Source: an uncultured Candidatus Actinomarinales bacterium (GTDB taxonomy: Bacteria; Actinomycetota; Acidimicrobiia; Actinomarinales; Actinomarinaceae). Taken from it: a stretch of 64,000 nucleotides of DNA. The stretch's first letter is position 1. Each line of letters begins with the position of its first letter. Of this stretch, positions 40,527 to 50,842 are shown piece by piece. The notes under the pieces were generated by a model. It had not been told where the DNA came from, did no database searches, and was given only the letters and a program-made list of their open reading frames with translations. The position numbers and the translations under genes are program-made. The DNA lies in NCBI GenBank assembly GCA_963979435.1, contig CAXBVE010000003.1:254-64253 (forward strand). The letters run 5' to 3'.

Positions 40527-40540
40527 CCTATTAATCTAAT

Positions 40541-41950
40541 TTAACCGACAGCGCCGGCTTCAATCATATTTATTTCAATTAGTTTGTTAAATTCCATTGC
40601 ATATTCCATCGGAAGGGTTTTAGTAAACTCTTCAACAAAACCGGCAACAATCATAGAGGTTGCTTCTTCTTCTGAGAGTCCTCTACTCATAAGATAAAAT
40701 AACTGATCCTCTCCTACTTTTGAAACAGTAGCCTCATGACCAATTTCAGCTGTAGACTCTTCTATTTCCATATATGGATAAGTGTCAGATCTTGAATTAT
40801 CGTCGAGTATGAGCGCATCACACCTAACAAAACTTTTCGCTGTTTCAGCACCTTCCTCTACTCTTACAAGGCCTCTATAAGCTCCTCTTCCTCCACCTTT
40901 AGAAATTGATTTTGAAGTTATCAAAGAAGTTGTGTCTGGTGCTAAGTGAATCATCTTTGCTCCCGTATCTTGGTGTTGTCCTGAATTTGCAAAAGCAACG
41001 GATAGTACTTCACCATGTGCGCCTGGTTCCATTAAGTGAACTGATGGATACTTAACAGTTAAACAAGATCCTAAGTTTGCATCAATCCATTCCATTGTTG
41101 CATTTCCGTAAGCTTGAGCTCTTTTAGTTACCAGATTATAAACATCGTTGGACCAGTTTTGAATAGTTGTATACCTACAAGTCCCAGAAGCTTTAACTAC
41201 TATTTCAACAACAGCAGAATGTAAGGCATCTGTTGTATAAACAGGAGCAGAACATCCCTCTATGTAATGAACTGAAGCTCCTTCATCTACAAGAATTAAT
41301 GTTCTTTCGAACTGACCCATATTTTCAGCATTAATCCTGAAATATGCTTGTAATGGATCTTCTACATGGACTCCTTTAGGTACATAAATGAATGAACCTC
41401 CAGACCATACAGCTGAATTTAATGCAGCAAATTTATTATCTCCGGATGGAATCACTGTTCCAAAATATTCTTGAACTAATTCTGGATACTCTCTAACGGC
41501 AGTGTCCATATCACAAAATAATACACCTAGCTTTTCTAAGTCTTCTCTGTTTTTATGATACACCACTTCACTATCGTATTGTGCGGTTACACCTGCTAGA
41601 TAACTTCTTTCAGCTTGCGGAATACCTAATTTTTCATAGGTTTCTTTTATATCATCAGGAACCATATCCCAAGAGTCTGTTTGTTCTTCAGCTGGTTTGA
41701 CATAGTAATAAATATCATCAAAATCTAAAGCTGCAAGCTTTTCTTTTGCAACCCATTCAGGCATAGGTTTTTTTAAGAATTTTTTATAGGCGTCTAACCT
41801 ATAGTCAAGCATCCATTGTGGCTCTTCTTTAATTTCAGACATTTTTCTAATAATGTCTTCGTTTAAACCTTTTTCGGGTTTAAATGCGTTTTTTTCTGGA
41901 TCGGACCAGCCGAGTGAATACTTTCCTAAATCTATATCTATATTTGCCAT
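40541..41950 (-). CDS. sufB: Fe-S cluster assembly scaffold SufB
   Basis: 469 aa. Conserved SufB C-terminal region. Confidence 0.85.
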   Translation of the reverse strand: MANIDIDLGKYSLGWSDPEKNAFKPEKGLNEDIIRKMSEIKEEPQWMLDYRLDAYKKFLKKPMPEWVAKEKLAALDFDDIYYYVKPAEEQTDSWDMVPDDIKETYEKLGIPQAERSYLAGVTAQYDSEVVYHKNREDLEKLGVLFCDMDTAVREYPELVQEYFGTVIPSGDNKFAALNSAVWSGGSFIYVPKGVHVEDPLQAYFRINAENMGQFERTLILVDEGASVHYIEGCSAPVYTTDALHSAVVEIVVKASGTCRYTTIQNWSNDVYNLVTKRAQAYGNATMEWIDANLGSCLTVKYPSVHLMEPGAHGEVLSVAFANSGQHQDTGAKMIHLAPDTTSLITSKSISKGGGRGAYRGLVRVEEGAETAKSFVRCDALILDDNSRSDTYPYMEIEESTAEIGHEATVSKVGEDQLFYLMSRGLSEEEATSMIVAGFVEEFTKTLPMEYAMEFNKLIEINMIEAGAVG

Positions 41951-42035
41951 AAGTTCATTGTAGTTGTGTCCTGTTTAAATAATAAAATCTAAGGGTTATA
42001 GATTTAGAAACTTTGGAAGTATAATTTTTTATATT

Positions 42036-42473
42036 ATGCCAGTTATATGTATAAATCCTGTTGATGAAATGGATGCAACGTTACTTGAAAAGTTAAGTCT
42101 TCAGAACCAAGATATTCGATTATTTGTATCTGATAATGTTCAAAAAAAAACAATAGATAAGTTTGTTGGTAAAAAAGCTATCGGAGATCTAAAAGATGAC
42201 TCTCATATCTCTACCGCAAGTAGCGGAGCATACTGTGGAGTTTTCCTTGAGTCCGATGAGACCACCCAAAGATCAGTTTTTTTAGAAGCCATAGGTAATA
42301 GCTCTCTTCAACGAATTATCTGGACTTCACCATTTGAACCTTCAGAAGAAATTCTGTCTACAGAAAGTCTCGTCTATATCATTTGTAAAGATAAACAATT
42401 AGCACATGACGTCATACTTGATTTCGAAGGTAGGGCTGAAGTTGAAACTGAAGTTATTAACTTAATAAATTAA
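42036..42473 (+). CDS. hypothetical protein (145 aa)
   Basis: ORF only. No motif. Confidence 0.35.
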   Translation: MPVICINPVDEMDATLLEKLSLQNQDIRLFVSDNVQKKTIDKFVGKKAIGDLKDDSHISTASSGAYCGVFLESDETTQRSVFLEAIGNSSLQRIIWTSPFEPSEEILSTESLVYIICKDKQLAHDVILDFEGRAEVETEVINLIN

Positions 42474-43064
42474 AAGATCCTTCGTATTTTTTGGAAACAG
42501 CTTACCCTTTTCATAATTTATCCATGATTGAAGTACAAACTCATATATATCTTGTGATGTACCTAAGTACTGTATTTCAAAATGCAGATGTGGAACGGTT
42601 CCCTCTGCATTACCTGAATTTCCCACAAACCCTATTACTTCACCCTGTCTTACAAAATCTCCTTTTTTAAAATCTTTTGCAAAAGCAGCACTTTTTCCAC
42701 CAGCATTATCATTACCAATTACATCATCATCAAGATGTACGTATAAGGACATCCATCCATTTTTATGGTCTATTGCAATATAGTATCCAGACAATGGATT
42801 GTAAGAAACAGTGTTAACTTCACCATCTGCAATAGCCACTATTTTAGAGCCTTTTGGAGCTCTGACATCTAGTCCTAAATGAAGTCTATTCCCGTTGCCT
42901 CTTTTTTCCTTCCAGTCATCATAAAAATGAGCCTTTATATGGTCAACAGGAAATCTGATCTGACTTAGAAATTCAAAATGTTTGGCTTCAGCTTTATCGG
43001 GGGTCATGGAGACAAGAAAAAGTGTAATTAAAATTAATATACTTAATTTTTTAGATTTTCTCAT
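42462..43064 (-). CDS. M23 (LytM-type) peptidase, secreted
   Basis: Signal peptide. HLGLDVRAP...D and GNSGNAEGTVPHLHFEI (HxH) motifs. Confidence 0.75.
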   Translation of the reverse strand: MRKSKKLSILILITLFLVSMTPDKAEAKHFEFLSQIRFPVDHIKAHFYDDWKEKRGNGNRLHLGLDVRAPKGSKIVAIADGEVNTVSYNPLSGYYIAIDHKNGWMSLYVHLDDDVIGNDNAGGKSAAFAKDFKKGDFVRQGEVIGFVGNSGNAEGTVPHLHFEIQYLGTSQDIYEFVLQSWINYEKGKLFPKNTKDLLIY

Positions 43065-43103
43065 TCGGTAATTTTAGAGGAAAATCTATCTAATATTTAA
43101 CAT

Positions 43104-43949
43104 ATGAAGAAGAAATCAGTCTTTGAAACAGGTATGGGGTCAAGAAAGGGCTACGTATCTAAATTTCAGGTAGATGAAAGTAAAACAGAAATTAAAAAAA
43201 ATAATGAGTCTACTCATAAGGATTTAATCTTTAATAAAAGTGCTGAAAAAATGGATGACCTTATTGATAATTGTGTTTCTCTAACTGTTACTTCACCTCC
43301 TTACAATGTAGGAAAATTAAGCGATAGTGATTTGAGTGACGATGATTATTGGAAACTTATAGAGCAGTGTTTTAAAGAAGTATATAGAGTCACTGAGTCA
43401 GGTGGTCGGTTGGTCATTAATGTTGCGAATCTAGGAAGAAAGCCGTATATACCATTTTCAAACATGTTTACTCAAATCATGCTTGATCTAGGTTTCCTCA
43501 TGAGGGGGGAAATTATTTGGCAAAAGTCTAAAGGCGCAAATGCAAACTTTGCATGGGGAAGCTGGTTATCAGCATCTAATCCAGTAATCAGAGATATACA
43601 TGAATATTGTTTAGTTTTTTCAAAAGATGGTATGTCGAAAGGTGTTAAGGGTGTGTCTACTCTAGAAAAAGAAGAATTTATGGATTCAACCCTATCAATC
43701 TGGAATATTAATCCTGCAAGAGCAAAAAAGATTGGTCATCCAGCACCCTTTCCTATAGAGCTGGCAGAAAGATTTATTAACTTGTACTCATACGAAAAAG
43801 ACTTAATACTAGATCCATTTATCGGAAGTGGAACAACAGCGATTGCTGCACAAAAATTAAATAGACACTATATAGGTTATGAAATTAATGATGAATATTG
43901 TAAATTAGCTAAAACTAGAATTATAGAGTCAAATAAACTAGCTACTTAG
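43104..43949 (+). CDS. DNA methyltransferase, beta-class (N4-cytosine or N6-adenine), no cognate nuclease evident
   Basis: Motif IV VTSPPYNV precedes motif I DPFIGSGTT (the beta-class order). Confidence 0.75.
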   Translation: MKKKSVFETGMGSRKGYVSKFQVDESKTEIKKNNESTHKDLIFNKSAEKMDDLIDNCVSLTVTSPPYNVGKLSDSDLSDDDYWKLIEQCFKEVYRVTESGGRLVINVANLGRKPYIPFSNMFTQIMLDLGFLMRGEIIWQKSKGANANFAWGSWLSASNPVIRDIHEYCLVFSKDGMSKGVKGVSTLEKEEFMDSTLSIWNINPARAKKIGHPAPFPIELAERFINLYSYEKDLILDPFIGSGTTAIAAQKLNRHYIGYEINDEYCKLAKTRIIESNKLAT

Positions 43950-45659
43950 ATTCCAAGCAGAGAATAAATCTTTATATATTTCATTATCGCTTAAAAGATT
44001 TTCATGATTATCGAAGCCAACCAACTTCCCATCTCTCATTACTAGGATTTTTTCAGCATTCAGGATTGTTTCTAACCTATGAGCTATGACTATAGAGGTT
44101 TGATAATCCAGCAGTGTATCTGTTGCCTCGAGAATTGAATTTTCAGACTCTATATCAAGATTAGCTGTTGCCTCATCGAAAACAATAATTTCTCTTTTTG
44201 CAAGAACTGCCCGAAGAAGGGCGATAAATTGTCTTTCTCCAGCAGATACATTTGAGCCTCTCTCGCCAACTTCTTGGTCAAGGCCATTTTCATATCTATC
44301 AAACCAACCTAATACACCAATCTCATTAAGCTCCTGCTCTAGTTTTATTTTTTTTGGATTGGAGTAGATAAGATTATCTCGGATACTGCCCCTAAATAGG
44401 AAACTTTCCTGTGGAACATAAGCAATATTTTTTCTGGCCCATCTTTGACTAACCTCTTTTGATGACTGATTGTAAAATTTAACATCCCCCTCTGTTGAGA
44501 GATAAAACCTTAAAATTAACTTAGCTATCGTACTTTTTCCAGCACCGGTCTCCCCTACGATTGCTATTTTTTCACCCTTCATGATGGAAAAATTAAGATT
44601 GTGGAGAACGGTCTCTCTACCATATGAAAATGATACATTTTCAAATTTAATTACATCATTTGACTCCATGTTTGGTGACTGTGAACCCAAGGTACTTAGT
44701 ACGGGTTCCTCGTCTAAAATCGAAAACACTTTTTTCATTGAGGAACCAGCAGATCTTAATAAGTCATAATTAAATGAAAGTTGAATTAGTGGATCGAAAA
44801 AATAATTTAAATAAAAGAGTAAAGCAACTAACTCACCTAAGGATAAAGTACCTTCACTAATTCTTATAGAAGCAAACCAAATTACTACAGCTATGGAGGT
44901 TACGCGTGTAATTTCAAGAAAAGGGAAATAGATTGCTATGTTTTTAGCTGACTGCATATTTGCTTTTAAATGTTCATTATTAATATTCTCAAATCTATTA
45001 AATTGAGATTTTTCATCAGCATAAGCTTGAATAATCCTGACACCAGATATGCCTTCTTGGAGCGATGACAATACTTGGCCAATCCACTCCCTAACTGCCC
45101 AATAAGTTTTGTCTGCATGATTTCGGAATATTTTAGTTGCTACACCAAGCAGAGGTAAAATAAGAAAAGATAGAAATGCCAACTGCACATCTACTAAAAA
45201 TACAGCAACAGTTGCTCCAAAAATTGTTAGTAAGGCCGTGATTACACTACTTGCACCTTCTCTGGCAAATTCATTAAGGCTTTGCATATCAGAAGTCATT
45301 CTTGCAACAAGAACACCTGTCTTATTCTTTTCAAAGTAATTAATATCTAGAGAAGTGAGGTGTCGAAAAAGCTTTTCTCTGATACTTCTCACATAAGATT
45401 CACCAACTAAGCCAATAGCTAAAAGTGCTTTACTAGCTACAAAATAGAGTAAAACTAGAGTGATAAAGTAGAAGAAGCTTTGTTGAAGTAGATACTCATA
45501 ATTAGACTTTAAAACTCCATCGTCTATACCTCTTGAGATTAATTGTGGACCAACCATTCTTAGTCCAGAGCCAGTAAGAGCTATCATGGAACTCCAAAGG
45601 AATGGCCTACTTATCTCAGGCACTAACCTAAATGATCTTATAAAAGTATTGTTATTCAC
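43938..45659 (-). CDS. ABC exporter, fused permease-ATPase (CydC-like half of a heterodimer)
   Basis: 6-TM domain plus a C-terminal ABC ATPase. Confidence 0.75.
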   Translation of the reverse strand: MNNNTFIRSFRLVPEISRPFLWSSMIALTGSGLRMVGPQLISRGIDDGVLKSNYEYLLQQSFFYFITLVLLYFVASKALLAIGLVGESYVRSIREKLFRHLTSLDINYFEKNKTGVLVARMTSDMQSLNEFAREGASSVITALLTIFGATVAVFLVDVQLAFLSFLILPLLGVATKIFRNHADKTYWAVREWIGQVLSSLQEGISGVRIIQAYADEKSQFNRFENINNEHLKANMQSAKNIAIYFPFLEITRVTSIAVVIWFASIRISEGTLSLGELVALLFYLNYFFDPLIQLSFNYDLLRSAGSSMKKVFSILDEEPVLSTLGSQSPNMESNDVIKFENVSFSYGRETVLHNLNFSIMKGEKIAIVGETGAGKSTIAKLILRFYLSTEGDVKFYNQSSKEVSQRWARKNIAYVPQESFLFRGSIRDNLIYSNPKKIKLEQELNEIGVLGWFDRYENGLDQEVGERGSNVSAGERQFIALLRAVLAKREIIVFDEATANLDIESENSILEATDTLLDYQTSIVIAHRLETILNAEKILVMRDGKLVGFDNHENLLSDNEIYKDLFSAWNLSS

Positions 45660-47416
45660 TTTTCAAGTCCTGAAGATTGAGTTTCAAGAAATAATGCTTT
45701 GTAGCTATCTACATTTTTCATTAATTCTGTATGACTCCCCTGTGCTTTTACCTTACCCTTTTCAATGAAGACAACATCATCACATAGTTCGATTGTTGGA
45801 ACACGATTTGTAATTATTAGTGTTGTCATGTCGGACATGACATTTTTAAGTTCCGCTCGTATTTCCTCTTCTGTTGAAGCATCTACTGCCGATAAAGCAT
45901 CGTCAAGGATAAGTATCCTTGGTTGTCTCAAGATGGCTCGAGCTAAGGCTATCCTTTGTCTTTGTCCACCAGAAAGACCATAACCTCTCTCGCCAACTTT
46001 TGTCTCATATGATTCTGGTAATTGAGCTATAAACTCATGAGCTTTAGCTATATTTGCGGCATCTTGTATTTGCTCTTCTGATGCTTCATCAGTTCCTAAA
46101 GATATATTTTCTCTAGCTGAATTTGAAAAAAGAAAGCTCTCTTCAAATGCAAGACTTACTTCAGTTCTTAATTCGCTTAGTTTGACATTGTTTATATTGA
46201 CACCATCAATCTCAATATGTCCAGACTCAATATCATAAAGTCTTGGAAGTAAGTACGCTAGGGTTGACTTTCCAGATCCTGTTGAACCTACAATGGCAAC
46301 AGTCTTTTTACCTTCAATTTCAAAAGAAAGATCATCGAATATTTTTTCTTTTCCATATTTGAAATTAACATTAGAAAATTTTATAGCACCTACCCCATCT
46401 TTTGGAAAAGTTGTATCCGAATTATCATCAATAATTGTTGGCTCTTCGTCCAATAATTCCAATATTCTGATACCTGCTGACACACTCGAAGGTATCTCTG
46501 ATAAAAACCAAGCTGTGATTCTTAATGGCCACAATAATAAAAAGACATATTGTGTAAATGCAATAAAATCTCCAAGTGTTATCAATTCATTTATTGATAG
46601 ATATCCTCCAAGTAACAGTACGAGTAACGTGATAACCATCGGTATCAGTTCAAATAGTGGAACAAACCTTGTTCTTAAGTTCAGATATTCAAGAGAGGTA
46701 TCGTATATGTTAGATATAGCTGATTCGACTTTTGATGATGCTAAATCTTCATTTCCGAATGCTTTCACAACTCTTATACCTCCAAGTTGTTCTTCCACCT
46801 CGGTAGTCATTTGAGCTTCGGCCTCTTTAACCCTTAAAGAAACACCCATCGCTTTTGCAGAAAAATTAGATGCGAGCCACAACACTGCTGGTATGGAAAG
46901 TAAAACCATTGATCCTAGAGGCAAACTAAGGCTTAAAAGTGTGATGCTTAATATAACTAGCAATAATATATTCGCAGTTGCTAGTGGGGCAATGGCAAAG
47001 GCTAATCTAACTTGGGATGCATCACTAGACGCTCTAGCCATTAACTCGCCTGTAGGGACTTTGTCATGAAAATTAAACGCTAATTTTTGCATATGTGTAA
47101 ATATTCTGTTTCTAATTCCGGCTTCTACATTGTAAGAAACATGCATTGAGTAAAATCTTCGTACTCCAATAGTTGTTGCTCGTATATATCCAATAATTAA
47201 CATGAACGAAATTAATACGATTAATATTTGTTGATTTTGGCCAACAATCCCTTCATCAATTATCCTTTTGATTATGTATGGCTGAATAACTATTAAAAAA
47301 CACCACACGACTGCTGAAAGCATTGAAACAATAAAGCTTCTTTTATTCTCTTTGACTCCTTCTTTATAAAAGGACAAAGCCTTTTTAAATTCTGGTGTTT
47401 TGAAGACATTGAACAT
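45656..47416 (-). CDS. ABC exporter, fused permease-ATPase (CydD-like half of a heterodimer)
   Basis: 6-TM domain plus ABC ATPase. Translationally coupled to the downstream paralogue. Confidence 0.75.
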   Translation of the reverse strand: MFNVFKTPEFKKALSFYKEGVKENKRSFIVSMLSAVVWCFLIVIQPYIIKRIIDEGIVGQNQQILIVLISFMLIIGYIRATTIGVRRFYSMHVSYNVEAGIRNRIFTHMQKLAFNFHDKVPTGELMARASSDASQVRLAFAIAPLATANILLLVILSITLLSLSLPLGSMVLLSIPAVLWLASNFSAKAMGVSLRVKEAEAQMTTEVEEQLGGIRVVKAFGNEDLASSKVESAISNIYDTSLEYLNLRTRFVPLFELIPMVITLLVLLLGGYLSINELITLGDFIAFTQYVFLLLWPLRITAWFLSEIPSSVSAGIRILELLDEEPTIIDDNSDTTFPKDGVGAIKFSNVNFKYGKEKIFDDLSFEIEGKKTVAIVGSTGSGKSTLAYLLPRLYDIESGHIEIDGVNINNVKLSELRTEVSLAFEESFLFSNSARENISLGTDEASEEQIQDAANIAKAHEFIAQLPESYETKVGERGYGLSGGQRQRIALARAILRQPRILILDDALSAVDASTEEEIRAELKNVMSDMTTLIITNRVPTIELCDDVVFIEKGKVKAQGSHTELMKNVDSYKALFLETQSSGLEK

Positions 47417-47498
47417 CTTTTAATACTATATGAATTAAAAATTTATAAAAAAACATAAGACTTTGTGCATTATTTCACAAGCGTATTACTGTGGGGTT

Positions 47499-49016
47499 AT
47501 GAATGAAGTTTTAGATAACAAAATAGAAAATGTACTAGATTCTGCTGACAGAATGTTTATTGCAACAAGTGTTGGCGGTAACTCCTCGGGTGCTTCTGTC
47601 TTCTTCAGTAGAGATGGTGAAGACTTAGTATTCTTCACATTTAACCCAACAAGAAAAGCTGAACAGATTCGTTTAAATCCAAGAGTACACGTTGTTATTT
47701 GGCCAAAAGGTCAAGAAGGCATTGAAGGTTTACAAATTGATGGTGAGTGCTACAAAATCAAAGATGAAGATGAAAAAAAGAAAGCTTATGAGCTTGTATT
47801 AAATACGACTGAAGCATTCAAAGAATATATGGAAGATGAATTTTTAATTAATAATGATGTCGTTGGATACTACAGGGTAAAACCTACGACTATTAAATAT
47901 GTCAACTTTTTTGAGGAAGAACAATTTCAATGGAAAACTATTCCTGGAAACAAAACTTCCGCATTAAAAATGGCATTCAAACTTGGGTTAAAAAGAATTG
48001 GTTTGTGGTTGAGAACAGTTAGAGCCCCCTTTCTAACGGCTACATTTGCTCCAATATTTATTGGTGCAGCTGTGGCATGGAGCGATCTCAAAGATAATGG
48101 TATTGCCGAGAACTGGTCATGGAAAATGTTCTGGTTAGTTCTCGGTGGTGCATCTTTAGCCCAAATTGCAACCAACTCATCAAATGACTTTTTTGACCAT
48201 ACATCAAATGCTGATGAAATTAACAAAGTAGCTAGTCCTTTTAATGGAGGGAGTAGAGTTATTCAAGTTGGTTTAATGACACCAGGTCAAGTACTCATTA
48301 CAGCCCTAGTGAGCATAATTGGTACTGTAGGAATTGGCTTATATCTAAATGAGCAAGTAAGTGGAAGTTTTTTTGGCAATACTCCAATACTCTGGACTGG
48401 AATAATTGGTACGTTCTTAGCTCTGGGTTATACAGGTGATCCTGTAAGACTTGGATATAAAGGATTTGGAGAGATAGCTATCGCACTTGGATTTGGTCCG
48501 ATTATGGTCATGGGTGCACACTATGTGCTGACCGCTCCAATCCATAATAATGATATAAATCAATGGAACTGGGTAGAAGCACTAATTGCCTCAGTACCTA
48601 TTGGAATTTTGGTTATGCTTATTGTCTGGATTAATCAATTTCAAGATGCTCCCTCAGATGCAGCAGTGGGTAAAAACACATGGGTTGTCAGAACAGCAGT
48701 AGATGATGGCTGGATGAGACTCGAAAAACCACTTTCTCTTTATAAGCAATTCATGGTTGAAGCATTTTTATCTGTTGCAGCTATTGGTTTCTTAGGTATG
48801 TTTACAGACTTCGGTACAGTGTATGCTTTCGCAGCACTACTACCTGTCTTACTCGTTTGGAAGGCCTTTAAAATGGCTGATGAGTGGATGATTAAATGGA
48901 ATAATCCTGATGCTGATAGACAAAAAGTTCCTTATGAGCTCTTACTTGTCAATGTATCAACAATAGGTATTCACTTTTTAACAGGAATTTTACTTTCTGT
49001 TGCCTACATTCTCTAG
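47499..49016 (+). CDS. fusion of a PNPOx-like FMN-binding split-barrel domain with a UbiA-family (MenA-like) prenyltransferase
   Basis: The N-terminal 160 aa are soluble and PNPOx/general-stress-protein-like. The C-terminal 8-9 TM region has an Asp-rich NDFFDHTSNAD motif. ORF track start 47463 is a TTG; ATG 47499 preferred. Confidence 0.6.
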   Translation: MNEVLDNKIENVLDSADRMFIATSVGGNSSGASVFFSRDGEDLVFFTFNPTRKAEQIRLNPRVHVVIWPKGQEGIEGLQIDGECYKIKDEDEKKKAYELVLNTTEAFKEYMEDEFLINNDVVGYYRVKPTTIKYVNFFEEEQFQWKTIPGNKTSALKMAFKLGLKRIGLWLRTVRAPFLTATFAPIFIGAAVAWSDLKDNGIAENWSWKMFWLVLGGASLAQIATNSSNDFFDHTSNADEINKVASPFNGGSRVIQVGLMTPGQVLITALVSIIGTVGIGLYLNEQVSGSFFGNTPILWTGIIGTFLALGYTGDPVRLGYKGFGEIAIALGFGPIMVMGAHYVLTAPIHNNDINQWNWVEALIASVPIGILVMLIVWINQFQDAPSDAAVGKNTWVVRTAVDDGWMRLEKPLSLYKQFMVEAFLSVAAIGFLGMFTDFGTVYAFAALLPVLLVWKAFKMADEWMIKWNNPDADRQKVPYELLLVNVSTIGIHFLTGILLSVAYIL

Positions 49017-49644
49017 ATTGCCTAAGTCTGCTAATTTTTCAGAAATATACAGATTCTATGATGGTATAAACTCTCTGCTCACGCTTGGATTTGATAAATC
49101 CTGGAGAGAAAAAGCATCCCAACAACTTACCGGTTCAACTGTTTTAGACCTTGGTAGTGGTACTGGTGCGGCTGAAAAACAACTTATTGGCTATGAAGTG
49201 ACGGCATTAGATCCTGATGAAAGAATGTTGTCTTTAAATAATTTTTCTAATAAGATTTTAGGTTCTGCAGAGGCCTTACCTTTCGATGATAAATCTTTTG
49301 ATAATATCTACTGTGCATTCGTCTGGAGAAATGTCTCCGATACTGATAAAGCTTTTAAAGAAATAAAAAGAGTGCTTAAAGATGACGGTAACTTTGTGTT
49401 GCTTGATATGACGAGGCCATTAAATGTGTTCACCAAAATATTGCATAAGTTGGGCACATTCATAACCTTACATTTGATTGGTCTCGTAACATTCAGCTTT
49501 AAACAGTACAGATTTCTTTATACGTCTTTAGACAAACTAGAAGCACCTGAATCATTTCTTAAAGAATCTGGATTCAATAGTCACACCCTAGAGAGAATGG
49601 GAATATTTGGTTTTGTATATTTATCTGTACTGAAAAAAAGCTAG
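49000..49644 (+). CDS. ubiE: demethylmenaquinone/ubiquinone C-methyltransferase (UbiE/MenG family); start is TTG (49000 or 49018)
   Basis: N-terminal YRFYDGINSLLTLGFDKSWR matches the UbiE YDxMNxxMSxGxHxxWR motif. SAM motif VLDLGSGTG. Confidence 0.65.
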   Translation: MPTFSRLPKSANFSEIYRFYDGINSLLTLGFDKSWREKASQQLTGSTVLDLGSGTGAAEKQLIGYEVTALDPDERMLSLNNFSNKILGSAEALPFDDKSFDNIYCAFVWRNVSDTDKAFKEIKRVLKDDGNFVLLDMTRPLNVFTKILHKLGTFITLHLIGLVTFSFKQYRFLYTSLDKLEAPESFLKESGFNSHTLERMGIFGFVYLSVLKKS

Positions 49645-49650
49645 ATGCTT

Positions 49651-50283
49651 TTATCTGCTTTCTAAAGCTAGCTGAACTATAAGTTGACCAACTGCGTCTT
49701 GTGGTAAGCTACCAGTTCTTCGTGCCTTAACATTTAATTCATTATCAAGAAACACCCAGTATGGAAATGATGTAAGACCATATGCATCTCCAATTTTTTT
49801 ATCTAGGTCATAAATCTGAGTTTCACTCCAGCCTTCTCTTTCCAACCAATCGTGAGGAGGATAATTACCTCTTGATCTGTCAATTGATGTGGCAACGGCA
49901 ATTATATCAATACCTTCTGGAACTCCTATAGTGTCAATCCATTCTTGTACAGATGGAACTTCTGCTTGGCAGTATGAACACCAATGGGCAAGAAAAAGTA
50001 TAGCTTTAGCATTACCATTTTTTTCAAGCGCGATTATTTCAGAATTTTCATTTGGCCCGGAAAATGTTGGAGCTGAAAGTCCAATTGCAATATTATCATC
50101 ATTTTCACCAGAATAAGTCGGTAGTGGGTCTCCTGTAACAGTCGTCTCTCCTTCTGGGAGGCCAGCAGTTAAAGGTTCAGTACTTAAAGTAACTCCTACT
50201 GCGACAGCAAAGCCAATCACTAAGAGAACACCTGCGGCTATTAAGAAATTTTTATTCAATGTTTTGTCTCCTTGCATAGTCAT
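49651..50283 (-). CDS. membrane-anchored thioredoxin-fold thiol:disulfide oxidoreductase (TlpA/ResA-like)
   Basis: N-terminal TM helix. WCSYCQ active site. Confidence 0.7.
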   Translation of the reverse strand: MTMQGDKTLNKNFLIAAGVLLVIGFAVAVGVTLSTEPLTAGLPEGETTVTGDPLPTYSGENDDNIAIGLSAPTFSGPNENSEIIALEKNGNAKAILFLAHWCSYCQAEVPSVQEWIDTIGVPEGIDIIAVATSIDRSRGNYPPHDWLEREGWSETQIYDLDKKIGDAYGLTSFPYWVFLDNELNVKARRTGSLPQDAVGQLIVQLALESR

Positions 50284-50776
50284 AATAGAGTAAAGAAATA
50301 AATATCGTTAAAAACCCTGTTGCGCCCATTACTGGAATACTAATAAAACCGAATATGTCCACATATTTGAGATTACATGGAATGTCTACAGCGCAAGATC
50401 CTCCACCACCACCACCATTTTGAAGATAAATATGGTACAAACTAACAAAAAGACCACCTAAACTAATAAAGCCAAATTTATATAAGTCCCTCTTAAACAG
50501 TGAAAGAATAAGTAATAATGCTATTGGATACATTAAATAACGTTGATACCAGCAAAATTTACATGGGATAAATCCGACAACTTCTGAGTAAATAATACTT
50601 CCAATGGCAGAGAACGTAGCGACACTTGTTGCAAAGTATAAAAATTGATCAGTTATAAATTTATTAAAAGTTTTTTTCGTTATATATAGGTATAGAATTC
50701 CTGCCGAGATTATCCATGCAGTGACAGTAAAAAACCCAAAGAGAGTATTGAAGAAAACAATTTTATCCATGACCAT
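50252..50776 (-). CDS. disulfide bond formation protein B (DsbB/BdbC-like)
   Basis: 4 TM helices. Cys pairs CKFCWYQR and C...C in the second loop. Confidence 0.65.
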   Translation of the reverse strand: MVMDKIVFFNTLFGFFTVTAWIISAGILYLYITKKTFNKFITDQFLYFATSVATFSAIGSIIYSEVVGFIPCKFCWYQRYLMYPIALLLILSLFKRDLYKFGFISLGGLFVSLYHIYLQNGGGGGGSCAVDIPCNLKYVDIFGFISIPVMGATGFLTIFISLLYYDYARRQNIE

Positions 50777-50788
50777 AATTGTACCTAT

Positions 50789-50820
50789 AAAAAAAGATAG
50801 GCGGACATTGCCGCCTATCT
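50789..50820 (-). terminator. intrinsic terminator of the rhodopsin gene
   Basis: On the minus strand, AGAUAGGCGG-CAAUGU-CCGCCUAUCU (10-bp GC-containing stem) is followed by U7. It lies 22 nt after the rhodopsin stop. Confidence 0.7.
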
Positions 50821-50842
50821 ATAAATTTAATAAGAGTTAAAG

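Noticed and set aside
50390-50420. (GGT)4(GGA)2 trinucleotide run inside the DsbB-like gene, considered as a slipped-strand phase-variation site
   Set aside because: The repeat is in frame and encodes a Gly6 loop. A triplet-unit repeat cannot switch the frame, so it is not a phase-variation switch.
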